64,000 nucleotides of DNA, from the NCBI GenBank assembly GCA_030390025.1, contig CM059432.1, positions 106,022,001 to 106,086,000 of the forward strand. The letters are read 5' to 3'. The position numbers and the translations under genes were made by a program. A model generated the notes under the pieces. That model made no database searches. It was not told the DNA's origin and saw only the letters and a list, made by a program, of their open reading frames with translations. This DNA is from Squalus acanthias. Its lineage: Eukaryota. Below are positions 1-12,514 of the stretch, one piece after another (position 1 is the stretch's first letter; every line of letters begins with the position of its first letter).

Positions 1-94
1 TTGCGCGACAGTCTTCGAGGAAGGCGGAATCCCCTGAAAATGATGCAGGAGGTGTTATAATACCACTCCTGTGTGATTTACTTGCAATACAATA

Positions 95-840
95 AGGAAT
101 TCAGGAGAAACGTCTTTACTCAGAGAGTGGAGCGAATGTAGAACCTGCTACCACAAAGAGTAGTTGAGGCGAATAGCACAGATGCATTTAAGGGGATGCT
201 AAATAAGCACATGAGGGAGAAAGGAATAGAGGATTAGGCCTCAGCTAGAGTATTGTGTACAATTCTGGGCACTATACTTTAGGAAGGATGTCAGGGATGA
301 GGGACTTCAGTTATGTGGCGAGATTGGAGAAGCTGGGATTGTTCTCCTTACAGCAGAGAAGGTTAAGGAGAGACCTAATAGAGGTATTCAAAATTAAGAG
401 GGATTTTGATAGAACAAGTAGGGAGAAACTGTTTCTTCTGGCAAGTGGGTCGGTATCCAGAGGTCACAGAATTAAAATAATTGGCAAAATAACTAGAGGG
501 AAAATGAGGTTTTTTTTCACACAGATGGAATGCACTACCTGAAAGAGTGGTGGAAGTTGCTTCCATAAAAACCTTCAAAAGACAATTGGACATGTGCTTG
601 AAGAGAACTAATTTGCAGGGTTATGGAGAAAAGGCTGGGGTGTGGGACTAAATTGGACAGCTCTTTCAAAGAGCCAGCACAGGCATGACAGGCTGAATGG
701 CCTCCTCCTGTGCTGTAAAATTCTATGATATGCTGATAGGGTGAGATGAAGTAAGGTGGGAGGAGCCTCATGTGGAGCATAGACCTGTTGGGTCGAATGG
801 CCTGTTTCTGTGCTGTGAATACTATGTAATACTGTGTAAT
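95..840 (+). mobile_element. Two nested CR1 LINE 3' fragments (inner copy ~234-727 splits outer copy ~95-233 / 728-840)
   Basis: ORF 255-542 gives CR1 ORF2 C-terminal peptide (RLEKLGLFSLQQRRLRRDLIEVFKI). Two separate CR1-type 3' ends (gaatggcctcctcctgtgctg..ttctatg ~695-728; gaatggcctgtttctgtgctg..actatgtaat ~796-840). Confidence 0.75.
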
Positions 841-889
841 TTAAATGTTCCATCTCCCCATGGGGGAATGTCCCAGCGAATACACATTG

Positions 890-3220
890 GGGGTGAAATT
901 TTATAGTGCTGAAAAATGGGCACGGGCACCTTGATGCGCGATATGCCTGCGCCCGTTCAAGGAGTGCAGGCAGCACGTCAACTTTGTGCTGCCTAATTAT
1001 AATGATTGTAGTGCACAGCCTAGCGCTGAACGCGTTGCTGACAGGCTGTACGCTCAGCAAGGGGCCGAAGTTCGTGATGTTCAAGCAAGGCTAGTTTTAC
1101 TTAAGGCTAGCCTGCGCCACTTAAAGGCAGTCTGCACTTCTTAAAGGTGAGCTGCCTTCTGCTGATGAAAAATGGTAAAAGTGCTTCTGCACTAATCCAA
1201 ATGGCTCAACAGGCCAGGGAAAGGGCACCCAGGGTCTCGGACGCAGCACTCCAGCTTTCTGCAGGGGGTGCATATAGAAGAGAGGTCCTCTACCCACAGG
1301 GGGCCAAGAGGCCCTCCAGAAAGAAGGATGTGGGACCAGATCGCTGAGGCGGTCACTGCCAGCAGTGTTGACCACAGGACCCGACTCCAGTGCCAAAAGA
1401 AGTTTCATGACCTCAGACGAGTGGTCATGGTCAGTGAATGTATCTTCAAAAGCCATCTCCTACCAACTGCACCACGAACCTCACACACTGCTCAATGCAC
1501 GTGTAAGAAATCGTGGATTGAAAGAAGTCTGTTACGGGTTCCCTCGATCAGCAGTTTGCCTAAGTTGATGACACAGAAAGATTTCAGTCATGTCAGAAAG
1601 CTCTACAGAGAGTTGAATTACGAGGTCAGAACACAAAAACAGGCCTTCAAGTGGGCATAGCTAGGCCTGATAAGGGAAGCAGCAAGGAGCTGTAGGATAA
1701 ACAAGCTATCTACGAGAGGGCAACAAGACCTTTAGAACAGAGATAAGGAGGAAAATGACCTCATGAGGCTGGGAGTGGGCTGTCATAGGTAGCCTCTCCC
1801 TTGTAATTGGACAATGGGATGGGTAAAAATGATTGACACCAGGTATCCACCAACCCATCGAAATAAGGTATAAAAACAGACGACCGAGAGAGGAAAACAG
1901 GCAGTTAGGGGTGAAGGCTTCCCCAAGGTGGCTACGGCTAACACCTTGGTCAAGTTTAGCCTCTGAGACGGCCTAACACCTCCAACAGCTCGAGGGATGA
2001 CCCAATGGAAGTGACCACTGTAGCAGACTGCAGGAATCCACCCAATCCAAGACCACCGTACTGCCTCACCATCCATCTGGTTATTTCATTCCATTCCAGG
2101 GCCGAAGATCGCTCTCTACTGTCACAGGTTGTATGTCTATTATACTTATCTTAACCACATGTAATATCTGATTATGCTTTAAACTGTAGCTCTTTAATAA
2201 AAAGCCTTACAACTCCTAAGACCCTTTGGGTAATCTGTGTGTGACCTGTGATCCTAATCTTACACACGACACCCCCTCCCCCACCCCATCACTCACCTAC
2301 CAACAATCTCTACCAAACAAGAGGCACGCCTCCCATTCCTAGCTTCACCTCATCCCCTTGGAGGAGATGATGTTGGCCATTCTTGGCAAGGGCATAAAAG
2401 AATACAAGATGCTGAAATCTTCATACGTTATCCTCCTTCTCACATCTCACTTCCCCCTCATTCCACCATATCTTCTGATTTACAAGCTGCACATAGTGTA
2501 AGCATGCAGCTCTTGCTTTACCCCTTCCCGTCACCACAACCCTACCCTTGTGCCTTCCTAATTTCAGACACCCAAGAAATTCAGCCTGCCCAGCCAGTGG
2601 GTCAAAAGAAGAGGGAGAGGAGAGTGAAGAAGAAGAAGAAACACCATCACTCGATTTGACACTCCCAGCCACCAGGTCCTCGAGGTCATCCTGCAAGGCC
2701 ATCTGCAGTGTAGCCCACTGAAAGTCAGCAGCCTTCCACCAGCCATGCTGCAGCTTCTGGGGTAGCACTGCGTAAGAGCACTAGGATAGGTAAAGGCACA
2801 CACAAGACAGTCACTAAGGGAATGCACAAAGGTGATGAGTTGATTTTTTGATGCAATATTGGATGCATATATGGATAAAGTTGGATTGGAAAGTTTGCTT
2901 TTATTTCAGCATTCTGGCCAAGAGGATGCTGTGATGTCAGTAACAGAGCGAAGGTAAGGTGTGGGACAAATGTTGAAAGGGCAATTGGGATTGTGGTCAC
3001 TGGTACTGCAGGTGGATGATTCGATCTCAGATATCCTGGCTAAAAGGGGCTGTCTGGGTTGCCTCCTTCCTTCTGCTTCCTCCTCTTCTGCTTCCTCCTC
3101 CTCCTCCTCGTTCTGTGAGCAGCTTGTCCCCTTTGCTGCCTCTGTTCCATCTCCATATCATTCTACAGCCCAAGGGGGACTGCAACTAGAGCCCCCAGGA
3201 CTGGGTGCAAGTGGTGCTGA
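890..3220 (+). mobile_element. Degenerate, internally deleted PIF/Harbinger element (Myb/SANT relic on +, acidic transposase tail on -), interrupted by a solo LTR
   Basis: GGGGTGAAATT end at ~890 resembles the TIR of the intact copies. Peptide MAQQARERAPRVSD... and WDQIAEAVTASSVDHRTRLQCQKKFHDLRRVV followed by GTCAGT donor. ORF2 3' end (cagccttccaccagcc..) at ~2730. Glu-rich antisense tract ~3060-3110. Confidence 0.75.
1502..2264 (+). mobile_element. Solo LTR (763 bp), ERV- or Gypsy-type
   Basis: TGTAAGA...TCTTACA terminal inverted repeat. 4-bp TSD CACG (1498-1501, 2265-2268). TATAAAA at 1869-1875, AATAAA at 2196-2201. Removing it restores a sequence matching the related Harbinger intron at ~33198-33253. 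Confidence 0.88.
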
Positions 3221-3476
3221 CTATCCTTGATTAATCCGTGTCTTCCTAAATGAAGATTCATCCTGCCCTTCAGAATTCTTCCCAATAATTTTCCCACCAC
3301 TGAGGTTAGGCTGACTGGCCTGTAATTAGTCGGTCTATCCTTTTCTCCCTTTTTAAACAAGGGTACCACATTAACGTCCTCCAGTCCTACGGCACCACTC
3401 CTGAAGCCAGAGAGGATTGAAAAATTATGGTCAGGGCCTCTGCAATTTCCTCTTTTGCTTTGCTTAACAGCCTGAG
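3220..3476 (-). mobile_element. CR1 LINE internal RT fragment
   Basis: NVVPLFKKGEKDRPTNYRPVSLTSVVGKLL; near-identical to ~8410-8670. Confidence 0.85.
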
Positions 3477-3619
3477 GGTTTCTATTTACCAGTCTTGTAC
3501 CAACCTGCACAGGCAATACCAGCCGGAACATAAAACAAAAGTTAACAAAAAAAAGTTGCAAGTCACAATCCAATCATAGTTATTTTATTAGTTTTTGCAC
3601 TGTTATTTCTGAGAGCCTC

Positions 3620-4052
3620 TCCTCCCGTTATTCCAGTGTTTTCGATCCTGAAGATTCCCAGGCTGGATGTTCCTCCAAATGCCGGTAACACGATGGGGTG
3701 GAACTTGTGCCCACCCACGTGACACTGCCGGAAACCCATCTCATTTTCCTGATGGGGTCCTCATTTCTTGTGCAGGGCTGGTTTTCAGTGGTAATCCCGC
3801 TCCTGACTGGTTTATTAGTGCTCGGAGTGAGGGCAGTGTGCTGCACCTGCCATGTTTAAAAGGCTGCAGCTGCTTAAATGGCCAGAAGCACTGGCAATTG
3901 GGGAAGAAATGGCTGAAGGAGGAGCGACACCAGAGGACTTTGCTCTGGCAAATGCCCCTGGAATCTCTGACACTTCCGTCGATGTAACATTGGCTGAGGC
4001 AACGGCAAGGAGAAGAACATTTAATGACCTCACAGGGATGGCCAAGGTAAGT
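3620..4052 (+). mobile_element. Degenerate Harbinger-associated Myb/SANT exon relic
   Basis: RRTFNDLTGMAK followed by GTAAGT, matching the KKFNDLT..|GT exon-1 end of the other Harbinger ORF2 copies. Confidence 0.45.
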
Positions 4053-5239
4053 GAAAGCATGAATATCCTTGAACATCTGGAACTACTGTTAGAAGTGTGA
4101 CTCAGCTTCATACCCTCTATGTGGTCACTGTGCAAGTAATAGAATGAATGTTACAATGAAACATCATAAGGCCCCTCAATCCCCACACATATACTTCCCT
4201 CCCACAATCACAATTACACTTTAAAATTTGTCTTGCACTGACTGCAATATACTTTCATATACAGTGTAGTATAATTGACAAAAAATAAATAGTATGGGGC
4301 TTATTTCTAATACACTTCTGTTACTATATGGATCAATATATTACTGCTGGGATAGATGAATTCTTGTCTGTCAGTTTACAAAGTGATGCGAAGTTGTCTA
4401 TTAATAACCCAACAAAATGAGAAAAAAAATCAGTCCAGCTGTAGGTCAAGTGAGCTTTAATCTACTCACTCTTCGATTTCATCAGCTCTGTCATAGTGTC
4501 CATTATAATTATAATCAAACACAGGGCCACACACTGCATTACTACCATTGTAAACTGTGGCGTATTTTGGGAGCTGTACTGACTGAAAATAGTGCCAGTT
4601 TCCCAGAATTGAAAGAAAATCATCTTAACAGAACTAGACAGAAAAATATGTTTCAGTGCATATATGCAAACCTCTTTGAAAAGTGACAACTGGAAACATG
4701 AATCAGCCTTTCCACTAGGTGGCTCAGTAACTCTCTCAGTGGCGTGCTCGACTCTCAATCAGTTTAATTCCCAGCCTCATTTGGAAATGGTTGAAATGTG
4801 TTAGCCACTGGTTTAAAAATACAGGATTCTGATTGGCTAAATGTTGTATTTTCCAAAGTCAATTCAGGAAAATCCACTCACAATAATTCCCCCACAAGAT
4901 GCTCCAGCGTTGAACAACCAACCGTTCACCTGTGTTGGCAATGGAGATTTCTCCATTACTGGCCAGCTGTAAAACTGACATGCTGGAAGCCTAAGCACTG
5001 ATGGTACAGGCATACCCCTAGGACTATTGACAACACAGCGGCTTTCACATTCTCTGGTACTTTTATCAGTGGCACATTTAGTGCTGGTTAACAGCTGATC
5101 TTATCATCCCCTCCAATCTAGACTCACTCATTGTAGTTATGACGTGCCTTGTATTGCAGTCCCCAATATGATTACACTCTAGCCACATGTGACACAACAT
5201 TATTTTTCTTTGTTTGTTTTAAGATTGAACATAATTAGT

Positions 5240-5545
5240 GGGCAACACGGTGGCATAGTGGTTAGCACTGTTACCTCACAGCGCCAGGGACCCGGGTTCA
5301 AATCCGGCCTCGGGTGACTGTCTGTATGGAGTTTGCACATTGTCTGCGTGGGTTTCCTCCGGGTGCTCCGGTTTCCTCCCACAGTCCAAAGATGTGCAGG
5401 TTAGGTTGATTTGGCTATGATAAATTGACCCTTAGTGTTAGGGGGATTAAATACATGAGGTTACAGGGATATGGTGGGATATGTGTCGGTGCAGGCTCGA
5501 TGGGCCGAAATGGCCTCTATCTGCACTGTGGGGATTCTGTGATTT
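5240..5545 (+). mobile_element. tRNA-derived V-SINE, HE1-like (shark/ray SINE) with CR1-derived tail
   Basis: A box TGGCATAGTGG, B box GGTTCAAATCC, V-domain gtgggtttcctccgggtgctccggtttcctcccaca, CR1-like 3' end (gggccgaaatggcctct..gattctgtgatt). Confidence 0.85.
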
Positions 5546-5821
5546 ACAGTACAGGGGCAATTGTTGCTCATTGCTGTCCCCTAGTATTCAAAACTAGTAG
5601 CAAACAAAAGGAATGGCCACCACATCGCCTCTTTAATTGATTTAAAACCACTGCTGATGTGTAAAAGTCTGATTTTGAAAATCTCTGTTATATTCAAAAA
5701 ACAAAAGTTAAAGTGTAAGAGCACCAGAAGAAAAGTTCTAGTTTTAAACATGCAGAATGGCTATCAACTGGTCTGAGAGAGGGATGGGTTTTATGAGCTG
5801 AGTGGTCTTTCCTTGTTCCAT

Positions 5822-6483
5822 TGAAAAACAAAAAAGTGGCAATCACACTGCTGGGAGTGTACTATAGACCTCCAAACAGTCAGAGGGAGATAGAAGAGCA
5901 AATACGTAGGCAAATTTCTGAGACGTGCAAAAATAGGGCAGAAATAGTAGGGGATTTCAACTTCCCAATATTAACTGGGATAAAATTAGTGTGAAAGGTA
6001 TAGAGGAACCAGAATTCTTAAAATGCATTCAGGAGAACTTTTTTAGCCAGTACGTAGCAAGCCCAAGAAAGGGGGCGGTTCTGGACCTAGTTTTAGGGAA
6101 TGAAGCTGGGCAGGTGGAAAGGGTATCAGTGGGAGAGCATATTGATGGTAGTGATCATAATTCAGTTAGATTTAGCGTAGTTATGTAAAAGGACAAGGAT
6201 GGACCACAAATAAAAGTTCACAATTCGGGAAAAGCTAATTCTACTAAGCTGAGAGGTGATTTAGCCAAAGTGGACTGCAGACAGAACTTGAAGGTAAATC
6301 AGTGTCAGAGCAGTGGGAGGCATTCAAGGAGGATATAGTGAGGGTTCAGAGCAAGTATGTTACCTTAAAGATAAAGGGTGGGACTAACAAATCTAGAGCT
6401 CCCTGGATGTCAAGGGGCATACGGGGAAGGATAAAGAAAAAAAGGGAAGCTTATGACAGATACCGAGGACTCAATACTACTGA
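5822..6483 (+). mobile_element. CR1 LINE ORF2 5' part (APE endonuclease end), degenerate
   Basis: GVYYRPPNS, GDFN, VLDLVLGNE, GSDHNSVRF, PWMSRGI motifs. Ends ...AYDRYRGLNTT. Confidence 0.85.
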
Positions 6484-9400
6484 CTGAGCTGGTAGAGTCC
6501 TGAAGGACATAACTGCCAGTCTGGGCCTGTGACAGGTGGTGAGTGAACCAACACGAGGGAAAAACCTACTTGACCTCGTCCTCACCAATCTACCTGTCGC
6601 AGATGCATCTGTCCATGACAGCATTGGTGGCAGTGACCACCGCACAGTTATTGTGGAGACGAAGTCCCGTCTTCGCACTGAGGACACCCCCCATCGTGTT
6701 GTGTGGCACTACCACCGTGCTAAATGGGATAGACCCAGATCTAGCAGCTCAAAACTGGGCATCCATGAGGCGCTGTGGGCCATCAGCAGCAGCAGAATTG
6801 TATTCCACCACAATATGTAACCTCATGGTCTGGCATATCCCTCACTCTACCATTACCACCAAGCCAGGGAACCAACCCTGGTTCAACAAGGAGTGTAGAA
6901 GAGCATGCCAGGAGCAGCACCAGGGGTACCTATAACCTGGGGAAGCTGCAACACAGGACTACATGCATGCTAAAAAGCAGAAGCAGCATGCTATAGACAG
7001 GGATAAGCAATCCCACAATCAACGGATCAGATCAAAGCTCCTGCCACATGAATGGTGGTGGACCATTAAAAAACTAACGGGAGGAGGAGGCTCCAAGAAT
7101 ATCTCCATCCTCAATGATGGTGGAGCCCAGCACGTAGAATCATAGAATAGAATCATAGAAAGTTACAGCACGGAAGGAGGCCATTTCGGCCCATTGTGTC
7201 CGTGCCGACCAACAAAGAGCTATCCAGCCTAATCCCACTTCCCAGCTCTTGGTCCGTAGCCCTGCAGGTTACAGCATCCCAAGTGCACATCCAAGTACTT
7301 TTTAAATGTGGTTAGGGTTCCTGCCTCTACCACCCTTTCAGGCAATGAGTTCCAGACCCCCACAACCCTCAAATCCCCTCTAAACCTTCCACCAATTACT
7401 TTAAATCTGTGCCCCCTGATTTTTGACCCCTCTGCTAAGGGAAATAGGTCCTTTCTATCCACGCTATCTAGGCCCCTCATAATTTTATACACTTCAATAA
7501 GGTCTCCCCTCAGCCTCCTCTGTTCCAAGGAAAACAGACCCAGCCTATCCAGTCTTTCCTCATAGCTAAGATTCTCTATTCCCGGCAACATCCTTGTAAA
7601 TCTCCTCTGTACCCTCTCTAGTGCAATCACATCTTTCCTGTAATGTGGCTGACCAGAACTGAACGCAGTACTCTAGCTGAGGCCGAACTAGTGCTTTATA
7701 CAGTTGAAGCATAACCCCCCTGCTCTTGTATTCTATGCCACGGCTAATAAAGGCAAGCATTCCGTATGCCTTCTTAACCTCCTTATCTACCTGGCCTGCT
7801 ACCTTCAGGGATCTGTGGACATGCACTCCAAGGTCCCTTTGTTCCTCTACGCTACTCAATGTCCTACCATTTAATGTGTATTCCCTTTCCTTGTTAGCCC
7901 TCCCCAAATGCATTACCTCACACTTCTCCGGATTGAATTCCATTTGCCACTGTTTTGCCCACCTGACCAATTTATTTATATCTTCCTGCAGTCTACAGCT
8001 TCCTTCTTCAGTTTCAACCACACAGCCGATTTTAGTATCATCTGCAAACTTCTTAATCATACCCCCTATATTCAAGTCTAGATCATTGATATATACCACA
8101 GAAAGCAAGGGACCTAGTACTGAGCCCTGCGGAACCCCACTGGAAACAGCCTTCCAGTCACAAAAACACCCATCAACCATTACCCTCTGTTTCCTGTCTC
8201 CGAGCCAGTTTTGAATCAAACTTGACACTTTGCCCTGGATCCCATGGGCTTTTAACTTCGTGAGCAGTCTGCCATATGGAACCTTATCAAAAGTCTTGCT
8301 AAAGTCCAAATACACCACATCAAACGCACTACCCTCATCTACCCTCCTTGTTACCGCCTCAAAAAATTCAATCAAGTTTGTCAGACACGACCTTCCCTTA
8401 ACAAATCCGTGCTGACTATCCTTGATTAATCCGTGTCTTTCTAAATGAAGATTTATCCTGTCGTTCAGAATTCTTTCCAATAATTTTCCCACCACCGAGG
8501 TTAGGCTTACTGGCCTGTAATTAATCGGTCTATCCTTTTCTCCCTTTTTAAACAAGGGTACCACATTAGCAGTCCTCCAGTCCTCCGGCACCACACCTGA
8601 AGCCAGAGAGGATTGAAAAATGATGGTCAGGGCCTCTGCTATTTTCTCTTTTGCTTCACTTAACAGCCTGGGATACATTTCATCCGGGCCTGGGGATTTA
8701 TCCACTTTTAAAGCTGCTAAACCCCTTAATACTTCCTCTCTCACTATGTGAGTGCAAAAGACAAGGCTGAAGCGTTTGCAACCAACTTCAGCCAGAAGTG
8801 CCGACTGGATGATCCATATTGGCCTACTACTGAGGTCCCCACCATCACAGAAGCCAGTCTTCAGCCAATTCGATTCACTCTACGTGATATCAAGAAACGG
8901 CTGAGCACACTGGATACATCGACAACATCGCGGCTATCATGCTGAAGAATTGTGCTCCAGAACTAGCCGCGCCTCTAGCCAAGCTGTTCCAGTACAGCTA
9001 CAACACTGGCATCTATCCGACAATGTGGAAAACTGCCCAGGTATGTCCTGTCCACAAAAAGCAGGACAAATCCAACCCGGCCAATTACTGCCCCATCAGT
9101 CTACTCTCAATCATCAGCAAAGTGATGGAAGGTGTCATCGACAGTGCTATCAAGCGGCATTTACTCATCAATAACCTGCTCACTGATGCCCAGTTTCGGG
9201 TCCGCCAAGACCACTCTGCTCCCGACCTCATTACAGTCTTGGTCCAAACATGGACAAAGGAGCTGAATGCCAGAGGTGAGGTGAGAGTGACTGCCCTTGA
9301 CATCAAGGCAGCATTTGACCGAGTCTGGCATCAAGGAGCCCTAGTAAAACTGAAGTCAATGGGAATCAGGAGGGAAACTCTCCACTGGCTGGAGTCATAC

Positions 9401-10461
9401 CTAGCACAAAAGAAGATGGTTGTGATGGTTGAAGGTCAATCATCACAGCCCCAGGACATCGCTGCAGGAGTTCCTCAAGGCAGTGTCCTAGGCCCAGCCA
9501 TCTTCAGCTGCTTCATCAATGACCTTCCCTCCAACATAAGGTCAGAAATGGGGATGTTTGCTGATGACTGCAGTGTTCAGCGCCATTCACAACTCCTTAG
9601 ATAATGAAGCAGTCCATGCCCGCATGCAACTAGACCTGGACGATGTTCAAGCTTGGGCTGATAAGTGGCAGGTAACATTCACGCCACAGAAGTGCCAGGC
9701 AATAACTATCTCCAACAAGCGAGAGTCTAACCACCTCCCCTTGACATTCAATGGCATTACTATCGCCGAATCCCCCACTATCAACATCGTGGGGGTCACT
9801 ATTAACCAGAAACTTAACTGGACCAGCCATATAAATACTGTGGCAACAAGAGCAGGTCAGAGGCTAGGTATTCTGTGGCGAATGTCTCACCGCCTGACTC
9901 CCCAAAGCCTTTCCACCATCTACAAGGCACAAGTAAGGAGTGTGATGGAATACTCTCCACTTGCATGGATGAGTGCAGCTCCAAGAACACTCAAGAAACT
10001 CGACACCATCCAGGACAAAGCAGCCCGCTTGATTGGCACCCCATCCACCACCTTAAACATTCACTCCTTCCACCACTGGCGTACCGTGGCTGCAGTGTGT
10101 GTACCATCTACAAGATGCACTGCAGCAACTCGCCAAGGCTTCTTCGGCAACACCTTCCAAATCCACGACCTCTTCCACCTAGAAGGACAAGGGCAGCAGG
10201 CGCATGGGAACACCACCACCTCCAAGTTCCACTCCAAGTCACACACCATCTTGACTTAGAAGTATATCGCCGATCCTTCATCGTCGCTGGGTCAAAATCC
10301 TGGAACTCCCTCCCTAACAGCACTGTGGGAGTACCTTCACCACACGGACTGCAGCGGTTCAAGAAGGTGGCTCACCACCACCTTCTCAAGGGCAATTAGG
10401 GATGGGCAATAAATGCTGGCCTTGCCAGCGATGCCCTCAATCCTATAAACGAATTAAAAAA
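6484..10461 (+). mobile_element. 5'-truncated non-LTR retrotransposon (L2/CR1-like, 'family B'), split by an antisense CR1 at 7136-8747
   Basis: APE C-term (EPTRGKNLLDLVLTN..SDH). GAQHV|SAKDK continuity across the insert. RT motifs ALDIKAAFDRV, GVPQGSVLGP, FADD. 3' end gggatgggcaataaatgctggcc..gaattaaaaaa. Frameshifted. Confidence 0.9.
7136..8747 (-). mobile_element. 5'-truncated CR1 LINE (RT domain and 3' tail)
   Basis: ORFs 7566-8744 and 7229-7630: YLDFSKTFDKV, GVPQGSVLGP, KFADDTK. (ATTCTATG)-type tail at 7136-7160. One frameshift. Confidence 0.95.
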
Positions 10462-11059
10462 TCCTTTATTGGGTGAGCCTTGTCGTGAAATTGCTTAATT
10501 TCATGCTTTTTAAAAAGATTTATATACAAGGTACCAAAATAAAACATAGGGGTAAAAATTCACTTGGTTGCACCTCCCGTTAGCGCCTTAAGAGGGCGCT
10601 AATGGGGCGCAAAGCCGCTAACGCCCGGGCGCAGCGATGTTTGCGCCGCTCGAGAACTTAACTTGAGATTGTACGGCGGCGCTAAAACTTACCGCTGCGA
10701 CCACCTGCGCGCGCAGATTGTGACGTCATTCCATGGTGCAACGCCCTTGGGGCGCCCCAGAGCGGAAATTGAGTGGCGCCCACTGTCTTACCGCCTGGCG
10801 CTTCCAACGACCGGAAGACTGGAACGCTATCAATCGGTGTGGGGCTGGGGGGGGCGCTATTTAAAGGGGGCCTCTTCCTGTCTTTTTCTGTGGTCGACAT
10901 TTATGCACCACTCGTTCTGAGAGAGAGAGAGAGATTCGGAGAGACAGAGAGAGAGACTTCTACATTGACTCAACGCTTTCTGAGGTAGTTTTGCCTATTC
11001 ATCCTAACTTTGTTGCTACTTTAGTTGCTGTCCCTCATTACTTTTCTGGCAAAGAGAAT

Positions 11060-12220
11060 ATGGGGGCTGCACTGATTGGGGGCATCGTCCTGCTCCAGCT
11101 GAATCGGAGGATACAGAGACGCAGACAGAGAGTGGCAATGATGGCCAGACGGAGGAGGGCCATCAGGCGCATGTACAGGAGAGCTTACCCTCCCAGGGTA
11201 TATCGTGAACAGCTCTCCTACATCCATATGTCCGAGGAGCTGTGTTTGCGAAGGCTGCGATTCAGCAAGGAGGTGGTCACTGAGCTCTGCCACCTGCTGC
11301 AGCCAGATCTGCAGCCTCAGCTGAGGTCCAGGACGTCTCTGTCGGTGGCAGTGAAGGTCACAGTGGCTTTGAACTTCTACGCCACTGGCTCATTCCAAGC
11401 TGCTGTTGGGGACCTCGCCAATATCTCCCAGTTCGCGGTGCATCGCTGCATCCGGCAGGTCACCAATGCCCTCTTCAGAAGGAGACGAGAGTTCATCTCT
11501 TTCCCTATGACCCCAGACAAGCAGCGTGACCGTGCTCTGGGCTTTGCGAGGGTAGCGGGCTTCCCCATGGTGCAGGGCGCCATTGACTGCACGCATGTGG
11601 CTTTGCGTGCTCCGCGTGAGAATGCAGAGGAATTCAGGAACAGAAAGGGGTTCCATTCCTTGAATGTCCAGTTGGTCTGTGACCACAGACAGGTGATACT
11701 CGCTGTCAATGCCCACTATCCTGGCAGCTGCCACGATGCTTTCATCCTGCGCCAGACTACTGTGGCAGAAGTTTTCGAGGCACCGCATCAGCCAGTTGGT
11801 TGGCTTCTCGGGGACAAGGGGTACGCATTGAGCACCTGGCTGATGACACCGCTCCGTACGCCAAACACCCCTGCTGAGCTGCGGTACAATGAAAGCCATC
11901 AAGCAACCAGGAACATTATTGAGCGCACAATCGGCGTGCTGAAACAACGGTTCCGCTGTCTGGACCATTCCGGAGGAGCCCTGCAGTACTCGCCTGAGCA
12001 AGTATCGAACTTCGTAGTCGTGTGCTGCATGTTGCACAACATGGCAATCCTCAGGACCCAGCCAATGCCACCAGGCCTTGTAGCACCACCAGAGGAGGAG
12101 GAGGAAGAGGAGGAAGAGGACGAGGACGATGATCATCAGCAGCACCAAGGCGGGAGGGCGGCCCACAATGGTCAAACTGCAAGGGCCGTCCGTCAACGGC
12201 TAATAGCAAGCCGCTTCTAG
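11060..12220 (+). CDS. Harbinger (HARBI1-like) DDE transposase, intact, 386 aa from first ATG
   Basis: GAIDCTH, NRKGFHSLNVQLVCD, PGSCHD, LLGDKGY, RNIIERTIGVLKQRFRCL, VCCMLHN. Arg-rich N-terminus, acidic C-terminus. No stops. Confidence 0.95.
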   Translation: MGAALIGGIVLLQLNRRIQRRRQRVAMMARRRRAIRRMYRRAYPPRVYREQLSYIHMSEELCLRRLRFSKEVVTELCHLLQPDLQPQLRSRTSLSVAVKVTVALNFYATGSFQAAVGDLANISQFAVHRCIRQVTNALFRRRREFISFPMTPDKQRDRALGFARVAGFPMVQGAIDCTHVALRAPRENAEEFRNRKGFHSLNVQLVCDHRQVILAVNAHYPGSCHDAFILRQTTVAEVFEAPHQPVGWLLGDKGYALSTWLMTPLRTPNTPAELRYNESHQATRNIIERTIGVLKQRFRCLDHSGGALQYSPEQVSNFVVVCCMLHNMAILRTQPMPPGLVAPPEEEEEEEEEDEDDDHQQHQGGRAAHNGQTARAVRQRLIASRF

Positions 12221-12514
12221 GGCCCCTGCCATTGCTACCAACATTAATCAACCCAGCACGCAACCCCTAAGCCGGCCAAGGCACCAATAATTCCAACCAC
12301 CAGCCATGTATATTTTGAATACAGAAACTTATTTATTTTACAAACTCTGTGTGTGTCAATTCCTCATGACAAACTCATAGAAATAAACACAAAAAAACAG
12401 TCAATAACATAACTGGTTCTCACAACCTGGAGATAATGTCCAAAACACTAAACAAAAGTTGGACCATGAACCTCGGCCTTTAATAAAAAAATGACCAGCA
12501 TTTTGTCACACCTC

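Noticed and set aside
10991..12220. Domesticated host gene HARBI1 (or NAIF1/MSANTD for ORF2)
   Set aside because: Both ORFs lie between TIRs with TSDs and occur in two similar copies, so they are transposon genes. The track's upstream non-ATG start was replaced by ATG 11060.
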